Shown here one piece after another: positions 1-11,865 of a stretch of DNA of 64,000 nucleotides. How positions within the stretch are numbered: the first letter of the stretch is position 1; every line of letters begins with the position of its first letter. The DNA lies in assembly GCA_951406725.2 (NCBI GenBank), contig OX597834.1, forward strand, positions 17,484,001-17,548,000, written 5' to 3'. Origin of the DNA: Octopus vulgaris. Its lineage: Eukaryota. The notes under the pieces are model-generated. The model made no database searches and was not told the origin of the DNA. It worked only from the letters and a program-made list of their open reading frames with translations. Made by a program: the position numbers and the translations under genes.

Positions 1-992
1 AATTCTTTTATGTTTTTTTTTTTTAAAGCCAAAACACTGATTAAAAAGAAATAAAAGCCAATGGTTTGCCCTTGAATCCTATTTTTCGATATTTCGATAT
101 TTCGGAATTAAGACACCCTGTTTAGGAAAAACAAATAACAACACTAAATCTATGATTTCTTTTTCCTGAAGAAGGACATCTTAACCCCGAAATATTGGAA
201 TATAAAATAAAAGTGCTAACATTTGACCTGTCGTATTTCTTATAACTTGCATTGTCTTGGGTTTTTTAAGAACATTTGCACTATAACTTTGTTTAACCGT
301 AAGCTGGCCCTAACTGGGTAAACCTATAATCAGTCATTCCAGCCATAGCCATCCAGCTCGGTAATAGCCGAGACAGCTATATGCCAGTGCTATCATTTGT
401 TTTCCAATAGCAATATAAATTTCAGTCTTGTATTAAGAGTTGATTTAATTGACTGCATCTCTCCCCCAAAATTTGCAGCTTTCTGTGTATGTCGGAAACC
501 ATTAATATTATCAATGTTTGACAGTATTATGCTTCTGCTGTTGTTTAGCCCCCACCCCACCCTGGTCAGCTCTGTTCAAGTTTATTTTGGACTTCATTAT
601 CTTAGATAGTCTCCTTTTAATGATGATGGTGTGATTTGAGAGATTGGGAGGTAAAATGACACATACACTGTATGTGTTGTGTTTAAGCTGTGTTTCTTTA
701 CATTTTCGGTTCAAATCCTGCAGAAGTCGATTTTTACCTTTCATCTCTCTCAAATCAACTAATTAACTGTAATTTTCTCCCCACCCCCCATCACCAAGTA
801 GATGATTTTGTAAATATTTGGTATAAACAATTGTTGTGGGTGGCAGAATTGGTAGGTTATTGGACAAAATAAAATGCTTTGGGGCATTTGCCCTGTGTCC
901 CTTTATGGCTGAGGTCAGCTCATAACTGAGATAAATTATTTTCAACTGTTTTCTCTGAATTCCAAAAGTATAGTCTTGATTTCTTATATAGA

Positions 993-1256
993 AATCATCA
1001 TCAATTTCATCATCATCTTCATCATCATCCTCATCATCATTTTCATCATCATCATCTTCATTATCATCACTATTACCACCACCACCACCACCACCATCAT
1101 CACTACCGTCATCATCACTGCCACCACCACCACTACCACTATCATCATCACTACCACCATCATCATCATCATCATTATCATCAACATCATCATTATTGCA
1201 TCTTCGTCGTTGTCTTCATCATTGTCATCTACATCATCATCTTCACCCACCATCAT
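993..1256. repeat. Compound (CAT/CAC)n trinucleotide microsatellite
   Basis: Runs of catcatcat and caccaccac; explains ORFs 976..1287 and 984..1307. Confidence 0.95.
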
Positions 1257-1536
1257 TTTACAGAAAACATCTATGCTATTTATATGATGGCTTATGCTAG
1301 AAAACATTAATCATTAGTATTTCTAATTTAGACAAAACCAGCCTAGGCACATTGGGGAAAAAAAACTGTGCGTACACCACATCAGATAGTTTGAGAAGCA
1401 CTGCTCTATTTTATCAGTCCGATAAGAGTCAAGATGAAAGTTGATCTTGATTAGGCTTGAACTCAGAATCTAAAGAGCCAAAATAAATACTGCAATAAAT
1501 AATGCTCTTACAATTCTGCCAATCCACAATGGTCAC

Positions 1537-2106
1537 AAGGCGGCGAGCTGGCAGAAACGTAAGCATGCTTAGCGGTATTTTGTTTGCCGTTACGTTCTGA
1601 GTTCAAATTCCGCCAAGGTCGACTTTGCCTTTCATCCTTTCAGGGTCGACAAATTAAGTACCAGTTACGCACTGGGGTCGAGGTAATTGACTTAATCCGT
1701 TTGTCTGTCCTTGTCTGTCCTCTCTGTGCTTAGCCCCTTATGGGTAGTAAAGAAATAGGTATTTCATCTGTCTTTACGTTCCGAGTTCAAATTCCACCGA
1801 GGTTGACTTTGCCTTTCATCCTTTCGGGGTCGATAAATTAAGTACCAGTTATGCACTGCGGTCGATGTAATTGACTTAATCCATTTGTCTGTCCTTGTCT
1901 GTCCTCTCTGTGTTTAGCCCCTTGTGGGTAGTAAAGAAATAAGTATTTCATCTGCCGCTATGTTCTGAGTTCAAATTTTGCTGAGGTCAACTTTGCCATT
2001 CGTCTTTTCAGGGTCGATAATTTAAGTACCAGTTGCGTACTGGAGTCGATCCAATCAACTGGTCCCCTCCCCCAAAATTTCAGGCCTTGTGCCTAGAGTA
2101 GAAAAG
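1537..2106 (+). mobile_element. SINE family B trimer (tRNA-like head, Meta-domain-like body; tails B2-B2-B1)
   Basis: Head aaggcggcgagctggcagaa, B-box gagttcaaattc, body gcctttcatcctttcggggtcgataaattaagtaccag three times at ~183-bp period. Flanking 16-bp direct repeat aatccacaatggtcac (1521) / aatccataatggtcac (2107). Confidence 0.9.
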
Positions 2107-2406
2107 AATCCATAATGGTCACCGATTTCTGAAAGTTTTGAGTCTATTAAATGGTTACAAGTATTTTACTGGTACTTATTTTATCGATCTTGATATGATA
2201 AAAGACTGACTCAGCTCTAAGGTTCTTTGAACTCGGAACGGAAGCGGATGTGACTACATATGGCAGGGCTTTCAATTTCATTTCCTCTATTGATTCTATC
2301 TTGTGTTGGATATTGTTTCGCCTTCACCAACTATCAACAGGAAATGTCTAAGACTACATCATCTACTCACTGAAGAATATGTATGTGTGTGTGTTTGTGT
2401 GTGTGT

Positions 2407-2560
2407 AGGTATGGCTGTGTGGTTGAGAAGTTCACTTTGCAACCATATGGTTTTGAGTTCAGTCCCACTGCTTGGCACCTTAGGCAAGTATTTTCTACAA
2501 TAGCCCTGGGTTAACCAATGGCTTGTGAGTAAATTTAGTAGGGGAAAAACCATAATTTGT
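2407..2560 (+). mobile_element. SINE family A, 5' half
   Basis: ggctgtgtggttgagaag...gagttcagtcccactg...ggcaccttaggcaagt. Confidence 0.8.
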
Positions 2561-2577
2561 GTCACATATATATATAT

Positions 2578-2672
2578 AAATTTTTTTCAGAATGAGGTAA
2601 AAAACCCAAGGCTGTGTAGATTTTAGAACATTTATAGAGAGAAGGTCTTACAGCTGTTTCCAGGATATTTAT
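2578..2672 (-). mobile_element. Penelope-like terminal fragment with the 3' half of a minimal hammerhead
   Basis: Minus strand reads GAAA-CAGCTG-TA-AGACC (2660-2644). Lies between (TA)n and (CA)n; the CUGANGA half is missing. Confidence 0.4.
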
Positions 2673-2852
2673 TACACACACACACACACACATGCACATG
2701 CACACACATGCACATGCACACACATGCACATATTTATATATGTGTTCTACTAAGGCTGGTTCTACAAAAAACGGCTGTAGTAGGATTGATTGAAAATAAG
2801 AGTAGCTGAACCCTTGTGCCAATGGAATTTGATGAAAACTGTTTTGATATAT

Positions 2853-3080
2853 ATTTCTTTACTACCCACAAGGGGCTAAACACAGAGAGGACATACAAGG
2901 ACAGACAAATGGATTAAGTTGATTACATTGACCCCAGTGCGTAACTGGTACTTAATTTATCGACCCCGGAAGAATGAAAGGCAAAGTCGACCTCGGCGGA
3001 ATTTGAACCCGTAACGTAACGGCAGACGAAATACAGTACGCATTTCGCCCCGGTGTGCTAACGTTTCTACCAGCTCGCCA
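2853..3080 (-). mobile_element. SINE family B (B2 tail)
   Basis: Reverse complement of head, body and tail tttagccccttgtgggtagtaaagaaata. Confidence 0.9.
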
Positions 3081-3603
3081 GAGAAATTAACTAAAAGTTT
3101 TATCCTCTTATCTCTTGCTATTTCTGCTGTTTAGCACCAATACCACCCAGAGAACACGACTCTATAAAATTTAGAGCTAAGATTAAGAATGCATTTGTGG
3201 TACTAAATTTAAACAATTGCAACGATTAGAATTCCATGGTTTGTCTTTTTTCTTATTTTTTATGACTGCACCGTCAGTTAAATACAGCCTGACAGACAGG
3301 CTGTGTAGCTAATTAAAAAAAAGAAAGAAAAGAGACCCCCCCCACCCCACCCCGAGAGAAGAATTAGTGAAATAATAGAAATAGTTGTTAAGAAGAAAGG
3401 AACTGGCAGCCTTTACTGAAGCAGGGAATAGCCAGGCAGTGAATGTAAGAATGTGTGGGCTTCTGCAGAACAGTTGCACTGTCTCTAATAATCTTGGAGG
3501 ACAGCATTTCTCTCTGTGTAAACATGTGCTGATGAAAATGCATGCATATGCATATGCATATGCATTCACTGCAGGCAAGCACGCATAGGAATACTTGTCT
3601 ATT

Positions 3604-3763
3604 AGGAGTGGCTGTGTGGTAAGTAGCTTGCTTACCAACCACATGGTTCCGGGTTCAGTCCCTCTGCGTGGCACCTTGGGCAAGTGTCTTCTACTATAGC
3701 CTCGGGCCGACCAAAGCCTTGTGAGTGGATTTGGCAGATGGAAACTGAAAGAAGCCCATCGTA

Positions 3764-3809
<46 letters not shown>

Positions 3810-4345
3810 CAACAATTGAGGGTAAAATTAATTAGTTATTAATCAATTTCACCAAGTATTCAGTATGTAAAAGGACCATTTAAGGCGAATTCAAAATATT
3901 ACATTAATATAAAAGGGCTTAGTAAAATAAATTACTTTGCCACATACTGAACTCATTAGAAATAGCAGCCAAAAAAGTTTTTTAGCTATTTCTAATACTT
4001 AAAGAAAATTTCTCTCAGATAGTGTTTACTCAGAATAACCCACGAAGGTATGGGGGTAAAAAACATTAAAAAATCACAAGTGCAAAGATTATTTGAGAAC
4101 GTTACGTTTCTAGATCAGCCAAATAAAATTCGATGTTTGTGTGTCTGTGTTTGTCCCCCTAGCATTGCTTGACAACTGATGCTGGTGTGTTTATGTTCCC
4201 GTCACTTAGCAGTTCGGCAAAAGAGACCGATAGTATAAGTACTGGGCTTACAAAGAATAAGTCCCGGGGTCGAGTTGCTCGATTAAAGGCGGTGCTCCAG
4301 CATGGCCGCAGTCAAATGACTGAAACAAGTAAAAGAATAAAAGAG
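3604..4345 (+). mobile_element. SINE family A, full length, with a ~330-bp insert in its central (TA)n
   Basis: Head ggagtggctgtgtggtaag with B-box gggttcagtcc, ccttgggcaagtg motif, (TA)n, foreign AT-rich DNA 3805-4135, then 3' half ending ccagcatggccgcagtcaaatgactgaaacaagtaaaag. Confidence 0.9.
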
Positions 4346-4794
4346 TATATATATATATATATATATACATGCACGTGATTCCCTTTCAGTATTTCTGTAT
4401 TTGCATATTGTGCATATTATGCACATATCAGGTGCATGCATGTTTTAGAAAGATGCACGTATTAAATTTGGTATGTGTGTGTGCGCGCGTTTATGTGAGA
4501 GATATAGTGGTAGATAAGGCAGCAATTAGCGAAAAATTATAATTAAAAAAGGAAGTAGAGGGGAAAAAAACAATAAAAATTAATGGTCACTTTTGCCCCT
4601 TTCAGCTTTCTGAGAGGTCGATAAAATAAATATCTGGCCTTTATGATGGGCATAGGGAGTCAGTGTAGATGCCATCTACTATAGATGGGTAGTGGGGCCC
4701 TTATATTTGTCACAATTCCAACAAGGGGGGAAACCATTTAAAGTAAAAGAAATAATCGTAGAAGAAATCTTGTTGAGAAATCACACCATACTTG

Positions 4795-4888
4795 GTGTGT
4801 GTGCGTGTGTGTGTGTGTGTGTGTATGTATGTGTGTGTATGTGTGTGTGTATGTGTGTGTGAGTGTGGTGTGTGTGTGTGTGTGTGTA

Positions 4889-4921
<33 letters not shown>

Positions 4922-4984
4922 GTGTGTGTGTATGTATGTGTGTGTATATGTGTGTGTGTGTATGTATGTGTGTGTGTGTGTGTC
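4795..4984. repeat. (TG)n/(TATG)n microsatellite
   Basis: Direct reading. Confidence 0.95.
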
Positions 4985-5278
4985 AACATATACGTAGATT
5001 GAGCATAAACACACACACACATGTACTTAGAGACACACCTCATTCGTGTTTTTATGTCTAGGGAGTAGTAGTTGTATATAAGGTCTATTGATTGAAATAT
5101 TTCTAGTACCTTCTTCTTTGGATTCCTTATGTTTCTCGTCATAGCTAGAGCTCAAGGTTATCTACAGCTTCATGTTGTTGTTGTTGCTTCTATATCCATC
5201 CCACATTTTAGAACATTATGCAGGCAACTGACTTTAACCGTGGGAAAGTGAGAATTTAACTCTTGTCAACAATTTTTT

Positions 5279-5856
5279 CACACACATGCACACACACACA
5301 TATATACACAGGCAGGGATGGACAGACAGACACACACACACAAACACATGCATACACACACAAGCAGGGACAAACAGACACACACTCACAGGTGGGCATC
5401 GCACACACACATGCACACACACACACAGGCAAGTAGCCACACACACATGCATACAGAGGCAGGCAGCCACATACACACACACGTGTGTACGCAGGCAGGC
5501 AGCCATACGCACACACACACAGACAAGCTTGTACACACACACACACACATTGAGGCAAGCAAGCACACACACATACACACACACATGTAGGCATGCACAC
5601 ACACACACATACACACAGGTAGGTGCATGCACAAACACACACACACACACTCACAGAAGCAGGAATCCATGCATATACACACACACACACACACACATAC
5701 ATGTAGGCACACACATATATACATATGCAGGCTCAAACACAAACGTACACACATGTACAGACACACACATACAAACACATACACAGATGCGGGCACACAG
5801 GTACACAAGCAGACACTCGTAGGCAGGCCCATCCACACACACACACACACACACAT
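5279..5856. repeat. Degenerate (CA)n tract punctuated by caggca/gcaggc motifs
   Basis: CA runs separated every ~20-35 nt by aggca-type motifs. Confidence 0.85.
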
Positions 5857-6225
5857 TCATTTTGGTGAGCATTGACTTGTACAGTAGGGTTTATAGATTC
5901 TGTCCCCCCCCCCATCTTCCACTCCCTCCTTCATTTTTTTTTTCTCTGCCTGACTTTCTTCCAGTCTTTAAGTCTTGGTCTGCTTTTCCTTCCTCACTGA
6001 CTGAATCAGATAAAGCCAGCTAAACTACACTTTGACAGTGTTGAATGATAGATCTGCCCCTACCTCTCTCTCTTTCTGATACCAGCCCATGGTACTTAGC
6101 TTACTCCTTGAGGAGCTACTATATGGTCATACGACTTGCTAGGAATAGCAGTTAAATATCCCTCAAATCATACTCTGCAGCAGTGGTTCCAACCCTTTTT
6201 TTTTTTGTCACTGATGGCATGCTTT

Positions 6226-6443
6226 AGTCCTTTAGCGTTTAAACTGGCCATATCAAGCCAAAATATTTTACCTGTTTTATATTCAGACTGGCTGGATCTG
6301 GCTTCTTGTACTTACCCTATAATGCCACTAAAAATAGACAGTCTTATCAAAATCTCAAAGCTATGAGATAATGCATGATTTAAAACAAAGTGAAGAAATA
6401 AGCATTACATTCGACAGAATAATGTAAATGCTAAAGAGTTTAA
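6226..6443. mobile_element. Decayed piggyBac-type MITE (family F)
   Basis: Ends cctttagcgtttaaac ... aatgctaaagagtttaa; same body at 15945-16156 and 52674-52916. Confidence 0.6.
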
Positions 6444-6540
6444 AGCAAATGAAATTATTTTGGCACACTTTGAGCATTGTCTGACATCAAAAAAGAAAGA
6501 TATGTGTTTAACCTAAATATAGCAGCTAAATATTCCTCAG

Positions 6541-7012
6541 TGGAGGCGTGTGGCTTGGTCGTTAGGGTGTCAGCATCATGATCATAAGATTGTGGTTTCG
6601 ATTCCTGGACCGGGTGATGCGTTGTGTTCTTGAGCAAACTGCTAAGTTATGGGGGATGTAAATAAACCAACACTAGTTGTCTAGCAGTGGTGAGACACAC
6701 ACACACACATGATGAGCTTCTTTTAGTTTCCATTTACTCAATCTACTCACAAGGTTTTGGTTGGCTCAGGGCCCAAAATGCCATGCAGTGGGACTGAACT
6801 TGAAACTACGTGGTTGCAAAGTGGGCTTCTTAATTACATGGACACACATGTTTATAAATGATGGGCCATCACATAGTTTCTACTTACAAAATTCACTCAC
6901 AAGGTATCTGGTTGGTCCAGGGATATAGTAGAAGACACTTGTACAAAGTGGGATTGAACCTAAAACCACGTGGCTGCAAAGTAGGTTTCTTAACTACACA
7001 ATCATACTTGCA
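6541..7012. mobile_element. SINE C head (+, 6541-6637) abutting two decayed SINE A copies (-)
   Basis: ggaggcgtgtggcttggtcgttagg...ggtttcgattcc...gtgttcttgagcaa, then two reverse copies of the A head. Confidence 0.7.
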
Positions 7013-7067
7013 CCTAATTCTTTTGTATAATATGTTTTAATATGTTCTTCTTTTCAAATATACAATA

Positions 7068-7640
7068 TAGGCACAGGTGTGGCTGTGTGGTAAGAAGTTT
7101 GCCTCCCAACCACATTACTTCTGGGTTCAGTCCCACTGCGTGGCATCTTGGGGCAAGTGTTTTCTTCTATAGCGTTGGGCTGACCAAAATCTTGTGAGTG
7201 GATTTGTTAGATGGAAACTGAAAGAAGCCCATTGTACATACATATGTGTGTGTATGTGTGTGTATTTCTTTATGCCCCACCACTGTTTGATAACCGGTCT
7301 GGGTGTGTTTATGTTCCCATAACTTAGGTGTATGTGTGCGTGCGCATGTGCACCTGTTTATCCTCCACCACTAACAACTGGTGTTGGTGTGTTTATGTCC
7401 CCATAACTTAGGTGTATGTGTGCGTGCGCATGTGCACCTGTTTATCCTCCACCACTAACAACTGGTGTTGGTATGTTTATGTCCCCATAACTTAAGTGCT
7501 TGGCAAAAGAAACTGATAGAATGAGTACCAGACTTGAATAAAGGAGAAAAAAACAAAGTATGAGTGTCAATTCGTTCTACTAAAGTTCTTGAAGGCAATG
7601 CCCAGCATGGCCACTGTCTAATGACTAACCAATAAAAGAT
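7068..7640 (+). mobile_element. SINE family A with internal 84-bp tandem duplication
   Basis: A head and 3' half; aactta recurs at 7321, 7405 and 7489. Confidence 0.85.
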
Positions 7641-8257
7641 AACAGACAGAACTGTAGTTATTCTTTAACCCTAGGTCATCCTTAGTGAGTGTACCTATAA
7701 TCAAAGCCTTTCCACACAGCCATACCAGTGCATAAACAATTTTTAAACTTGTTATCAGCTAGTTTTCCTGCTTTCTTTGATAACCAGTAACAATTGCTGA
7801 CAAGAGGTAAATTTCAGTTGAACCAAACATTCTTTTAGCTTATGTCATTCAGTGAAAATCGCTGGGTTTTACCTGAATAGTCAACAATTTTCTGGTGTGG
7901 ACAACGCATGAATGAGGAAATGGGGAGAACAGGTTTTGGGAAGGGGTGTGACTGACTTATCAGTTGCTTTTTTTTTATTATAAAAATTTTTTTTTTACTT
8001 TCTTTTGTTCCTCACTCCTCCCTTAACTCAACCATGTGAACATTACATAACTTTCATATATCCGTGTTTGCTAACATAAAAGGCACAAAGGTTAATCAGA
8101 CACACCCCAGTTTTTTTCAGCACTGCATATTCAGAGAAAAAATGTTTTTAGTGCTTGCATTAAAGCATGTAATATTTAAAGTCATCTTGCAGTCGATCAC
8201 AAAGCATTACAAAAGTACCTCAGCTACAACAGAGAATATTACTGTATATAAAAAGTA

Positions 8258-8402
8258 AGCATTTCGTCTGCCTTTACATTCTGAGCTGAAATTCTAATGA
8301 GGTTGACTCTGTCTTTCATCCTTTCGGGGTTGATGAAATAAGTACCAGTCATGCACTGGGGTCGATGTAGTTGACTAACCTCCCCCCCAAAATTTCAGGC
8401 CT
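8258..8402 (+). mobile_element. SINE family B, 5'-truncated (B1 tail)
   Basis: Body motif plus cccaaaatttcaggcctt. Confidence 0.75.
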
Positions 8403-8514
8403 TTTATTGTTTTTTTAACCCACTGCCATGAAAATGTTGTAATAATTTGCTTTATTTAAATTTTCCTTGTAAAGTTTTGATTTACACCTAGATTTTCCCC
8501 AAGTTTATGGTGCC

Positions 8515-8742
8515 TAACCCTTTTGATACCAGCCTGCCTAAAACTGCCCCAGGTTCTATGACCTAAATTCACTATTTTAATGTTATCTAAGTTATAATCT
8601 TCAATCAAAATTTTACACTAATTTGTTCCAGACCCCAGCTTAATAATGAGAAAGTTGTTTTACTAAAATGCTTCATTATTTTAAAATTTAATTGAACCAA
8701 AGGCAGCTTATGTTGACAAAAATACGGTAACAAAAGGGTTAA
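8515..8742. mobile_element. piggyBac-type MITE (family E)
   Basis: taacccttttgatacc ... ggtaacaaaagggttaa; terminal inverted repeats with TTAA-type flank. Confidence 0.75.
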
Positions 8743-9399
8743 TCCACCCAGTGATACTGTTTTGTGTTCAAATACCTTCGGGCGGGAATTTTATCTTCCC
8801 TCCCACCAGGGTTGAAAAATTAAGCAACTATGCTTGAGCCAATGAGTGAACCTTTATGCAGATGCTTGACTTGCTAGTAATAATAGCTAAAGCTCCCTCA
8901 AATCACACCCTATTATCTTTCAAAGTAACGGACACATTGGATAACATCATGCCTGCATTATGTCTGGATAAAAGGCGGCCAACTTTGTCTTTCATCTTTT
9001 TAATAAAATAAGTACCATTTGAGCACTGGGGTCGATGTAACCGACTCCCCCCCACTCCTCAAAATTGCTGGCCTTGTGCCAGAATTTTATAAGAAAATTA
9101 AGAGAAAAGCCTGAGGAATTTATTTTAAGATATAGGAAAGTAACTTATGGAAGACATTAACTCAAATTATCCTGATATGAATAATTCTTTGGAACTGAAT
9201 TTAATCTGTGGTTTTCTGCCTGTGACCTACTGTTACCAACACTATATTGAAGTACTGTTGGGATTTAAGAAAATCTAATTTAAGATAGAAAAAAAAAATA
9301 AAAAGAAAAGAAAAAGATTGAATTTCATCTGCAAATAACCTGAGAAATTCTTATCTGCAAGTGGGAAGTATTTGTGTGTGTGTGTATGTGTGTGTGTGT

Positions 9400-9913
9400 G
9401 TGTGTATATATGTACACAGACACACTGACATACTAAGTATTTATGTGTATACACTAATATGTATTTATGTGTATGCAATATGTATGAATGCATATACACA
9501 ATAATATGTGTTTGTTTCTATACACTGAGAAATATTGTATACTAATATGCATTTGTGTGTGTGTATGTAGTAAGAAATATTTATGTATATATACTTGTAT
9601 GTATTTGTATGTATTCAGCAAGATATATTTATGTGTATATACTTGCATTTATTTATGTGTATACACTAATATATATATATATGTATGTGAATAAAGTAAG
9701 ATGTATTTATGTGTATACATTAACATGTAGGCATAGGAGTGGCTGTGTGGTAAGTAGCTTGCTCACAAACCACATGGTTCTGGGTTCAGTCCCACTGCAT
9801 GGCACCTTGGGCAAGTGTCTTCTACTATAGTCTCAGGCCGACCAAAGCCTTGTGAGTGGATTTGGTAGACCGAAACTGAAAAGAAGCCCGTTGTATATAT
9901 ATATATATGTATG

Positions 9914-9966
<53 letters not shown>

Positions 9967-10199
9967 TATTAGGAATAAATCCAAATTTACAGGAAAAATC
10001 AGATTTAGGATTGAATCCAATTTTATAGTAAAATATTATATTATATTAATTAGAGACAAAACCACTATATGCAAATCAAACAAAGAAGATTAAGCCAATA
10101 CATAAAAAGTTTTATATAAATTAAATATAATTAAAACTTTTTATGTATTTTAAGTCTTTCTTTGTTTGATTTGCATAATAGTGGTTTTGTCTCTAATTA

Positions 10200-10231
<32 letters not shown>

Positions 10232-10665
10232 ATGTATGTGTGTGTATATGTTTGTGTATCTGTGTTTGTCTCCCCCAACATCACTTGACAACCAATGCTG
10301 GTATGTTTATGTCCCTGTAACTTAGCGGTTCAGCAAAATAGACCGATTGAATAAGTACTAGGCTTACAAAGAATAAGTCCTTGGGTTGATTTGGTCGACT
10401 AAAGGCAGTGCTCCAGCATGGCCGCAGTCAAATGACTGAAACAAGTAAAAGTGCATGTATTTATGTGTATACACTCGCATTTATGTGTATACGCAAATAT
10501 ATATATTTATGTGTATAAAATAGGTTGTATTTGTGTGTATACATTAACATGTATTTATGTGTATACACTCGCATTTATTTATGTGTCTACACTAATATAT
10601 ATATATATATATACTTATGTGTATAAAGTAAGATGTATTTATGTGTATACATTAGTATGTATATA
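9400..10665. repeat. Degenerate ~22-bp AT-rich minisatellite (gtatttatgtgtatacact) split by a SINE A insertion
   Basis: Unit recurs over 9430-9727 and resumes over 10454-10660. Confidence 0.75.
9729..10453 (+). mobile_element. SINE family A, full length, with a foldback insert in its (TA)n
   Basis: Head at 9729, 3' half 10260-10452, insert 9961-10208. Confidence 0.9.
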
Positions 10666-11090
10666 TATTATGATTTTTTTTATGGGGATATAGTTTCAAC
10701 ATTCCTGTAAAATATTTTTGGGTCCTGACTCTTAATTAAAAACATTTGGGATCGACAGCCAATGAATCCCAGTATCAACAACTGAGTTTGGTTTCATTCA
10801 GCTTTAATAAATTCCGGATCATGTATTCTCACTTAACTAGATTTTATAATATATCTGAAAATAATTTTTTGTTTTTGCTGCGTTCATGGATTCCCATGAC
10901 TCTCTGTCATCATCCAATTCCATTATTATGAAATTTGAATTGGGAGTTTGAGTCATAGGGACTCTTTCATTAGCTGATTGCACAACCATGGATGCCACCC
11001 CTATGGAGTTGCAGTTACTCTCTTAATAGAGTTTGGTGATCCTGACAATTGGTCTTCTAGGATTGCTTCACCCAGCATCGATGTAAGAAG

Positions 11091-11091
11091 A

Positions 11092-11125
<34 letters not shown>

Positions 11126-11135
11126 ATACTAATAC

Positions 11136-11166
<31 letters not shown>
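11091..11166. repeat. (TAC)n/(TAA)n microsatellite
   Basis: Direct reading. Confidence 0.95.
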
Positions 11167-11586
11167 TGATGTAAGTGACCCCACTGATAAAAATATATCT
11201 GTAAAGGAATTTGACAAATTTAGTAAATATAAAGACCTGGAAATTGAAGTACAAACGATGTGGCATCTTAAAGCAAAAGCTGTTCCTGTTATTGTAGGTG
11301 CTGTAGGTATGATAAAAAAAGTGATGTCAGAAAAATCTAGACAACATCCCAGGAGAACCATGTCTCAGAGAAATCCAAAAGATTGTGCTGATGAGTACTG
11401 CCACATTTTTAGAAAAATCCTATCAACTTAAATGTTTGTGTTGTATTACATGGAGTTATTTTGCTACTGCCCCGGCCACTTCACCTCCCCAAGCTTTCAG
11501 TTATACTGTAACATCCTTCATTTGCCCTAGGGTGTTGGGTGTGTCTTGGCAAGTGAATTCAACAAACATGCATATTAAAAGTAAAT
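11165..11586 (+). pseudogene. 3' fragment of an R4/Dong-clade non-LTR retrotransposon (restriction-like endonuclease C-terminus plus 3' UTR)
   Basis: Translates IDVSDPTDKNISVKEFDKFSKYKDLEIEVQTMWHLKAKAVPVIVGAVGMIKK, frameshift, LDNIPGEPCLREIQKIVLMSTA. This fits the IDVxxP...KxxKYxDL...PVxVGAxG pattern of R4/Dong RLE domains. Flanked by TAA/CAA repeats. Confidence 0.85.
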
Positions 11587-11617
11587 AACAACAACAACAA
11601 CAATAATAACAATAATA

Positions 11618-11832
11618 ATCCTTTCTACTATTGGCACAAGGCCTGAAATTTGTGGGGAGAGGGTAAGTTGATCACATCGACCCCAGTGTTTCACTGGTAC
11701 TTATTTTATTGCCCCCGAAAGGATGAAAGGCAAAGTCAACCTCGGTGGAATTTGAACTTAAAGCGTAAAGATGGACAAAATGCTGCTAAGCATTTTGTCT
11801 GGCGTGTTAACAATTCTGCCAGCTTGCTACCT

Positions 11833-11834
<2 letters not shown>
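11618..11834 (-). mobile_element. SINE family B (B1 tail)
   Basis: Reverse head and body between (TAA)n tracts. Confidence 0.85.

Positions 11835-11862
<28 letters not shown>

Positions 11863-11865
<3 letters not shown>

Noticed and set aside
1-125. gacaccctgt resembling a Tc1/mariner TIR end
   Set aside because: The partner end would lie outside the window and the TA target site is not clean.
3309-3815. Recurrent peptide ASFSFRLPNPLTRLWSARGYSRRHLPKVP in many ORFs
   Set aside because: It is the antisense reading of the SINE A head, not a gene family.
10950-11080. Possible HDV-like ribozyme on the minus strand (gctaa followed by a P2-like pairing)
   Set aside because: I could not build P1, P3 and P1.1 in the required nested order.
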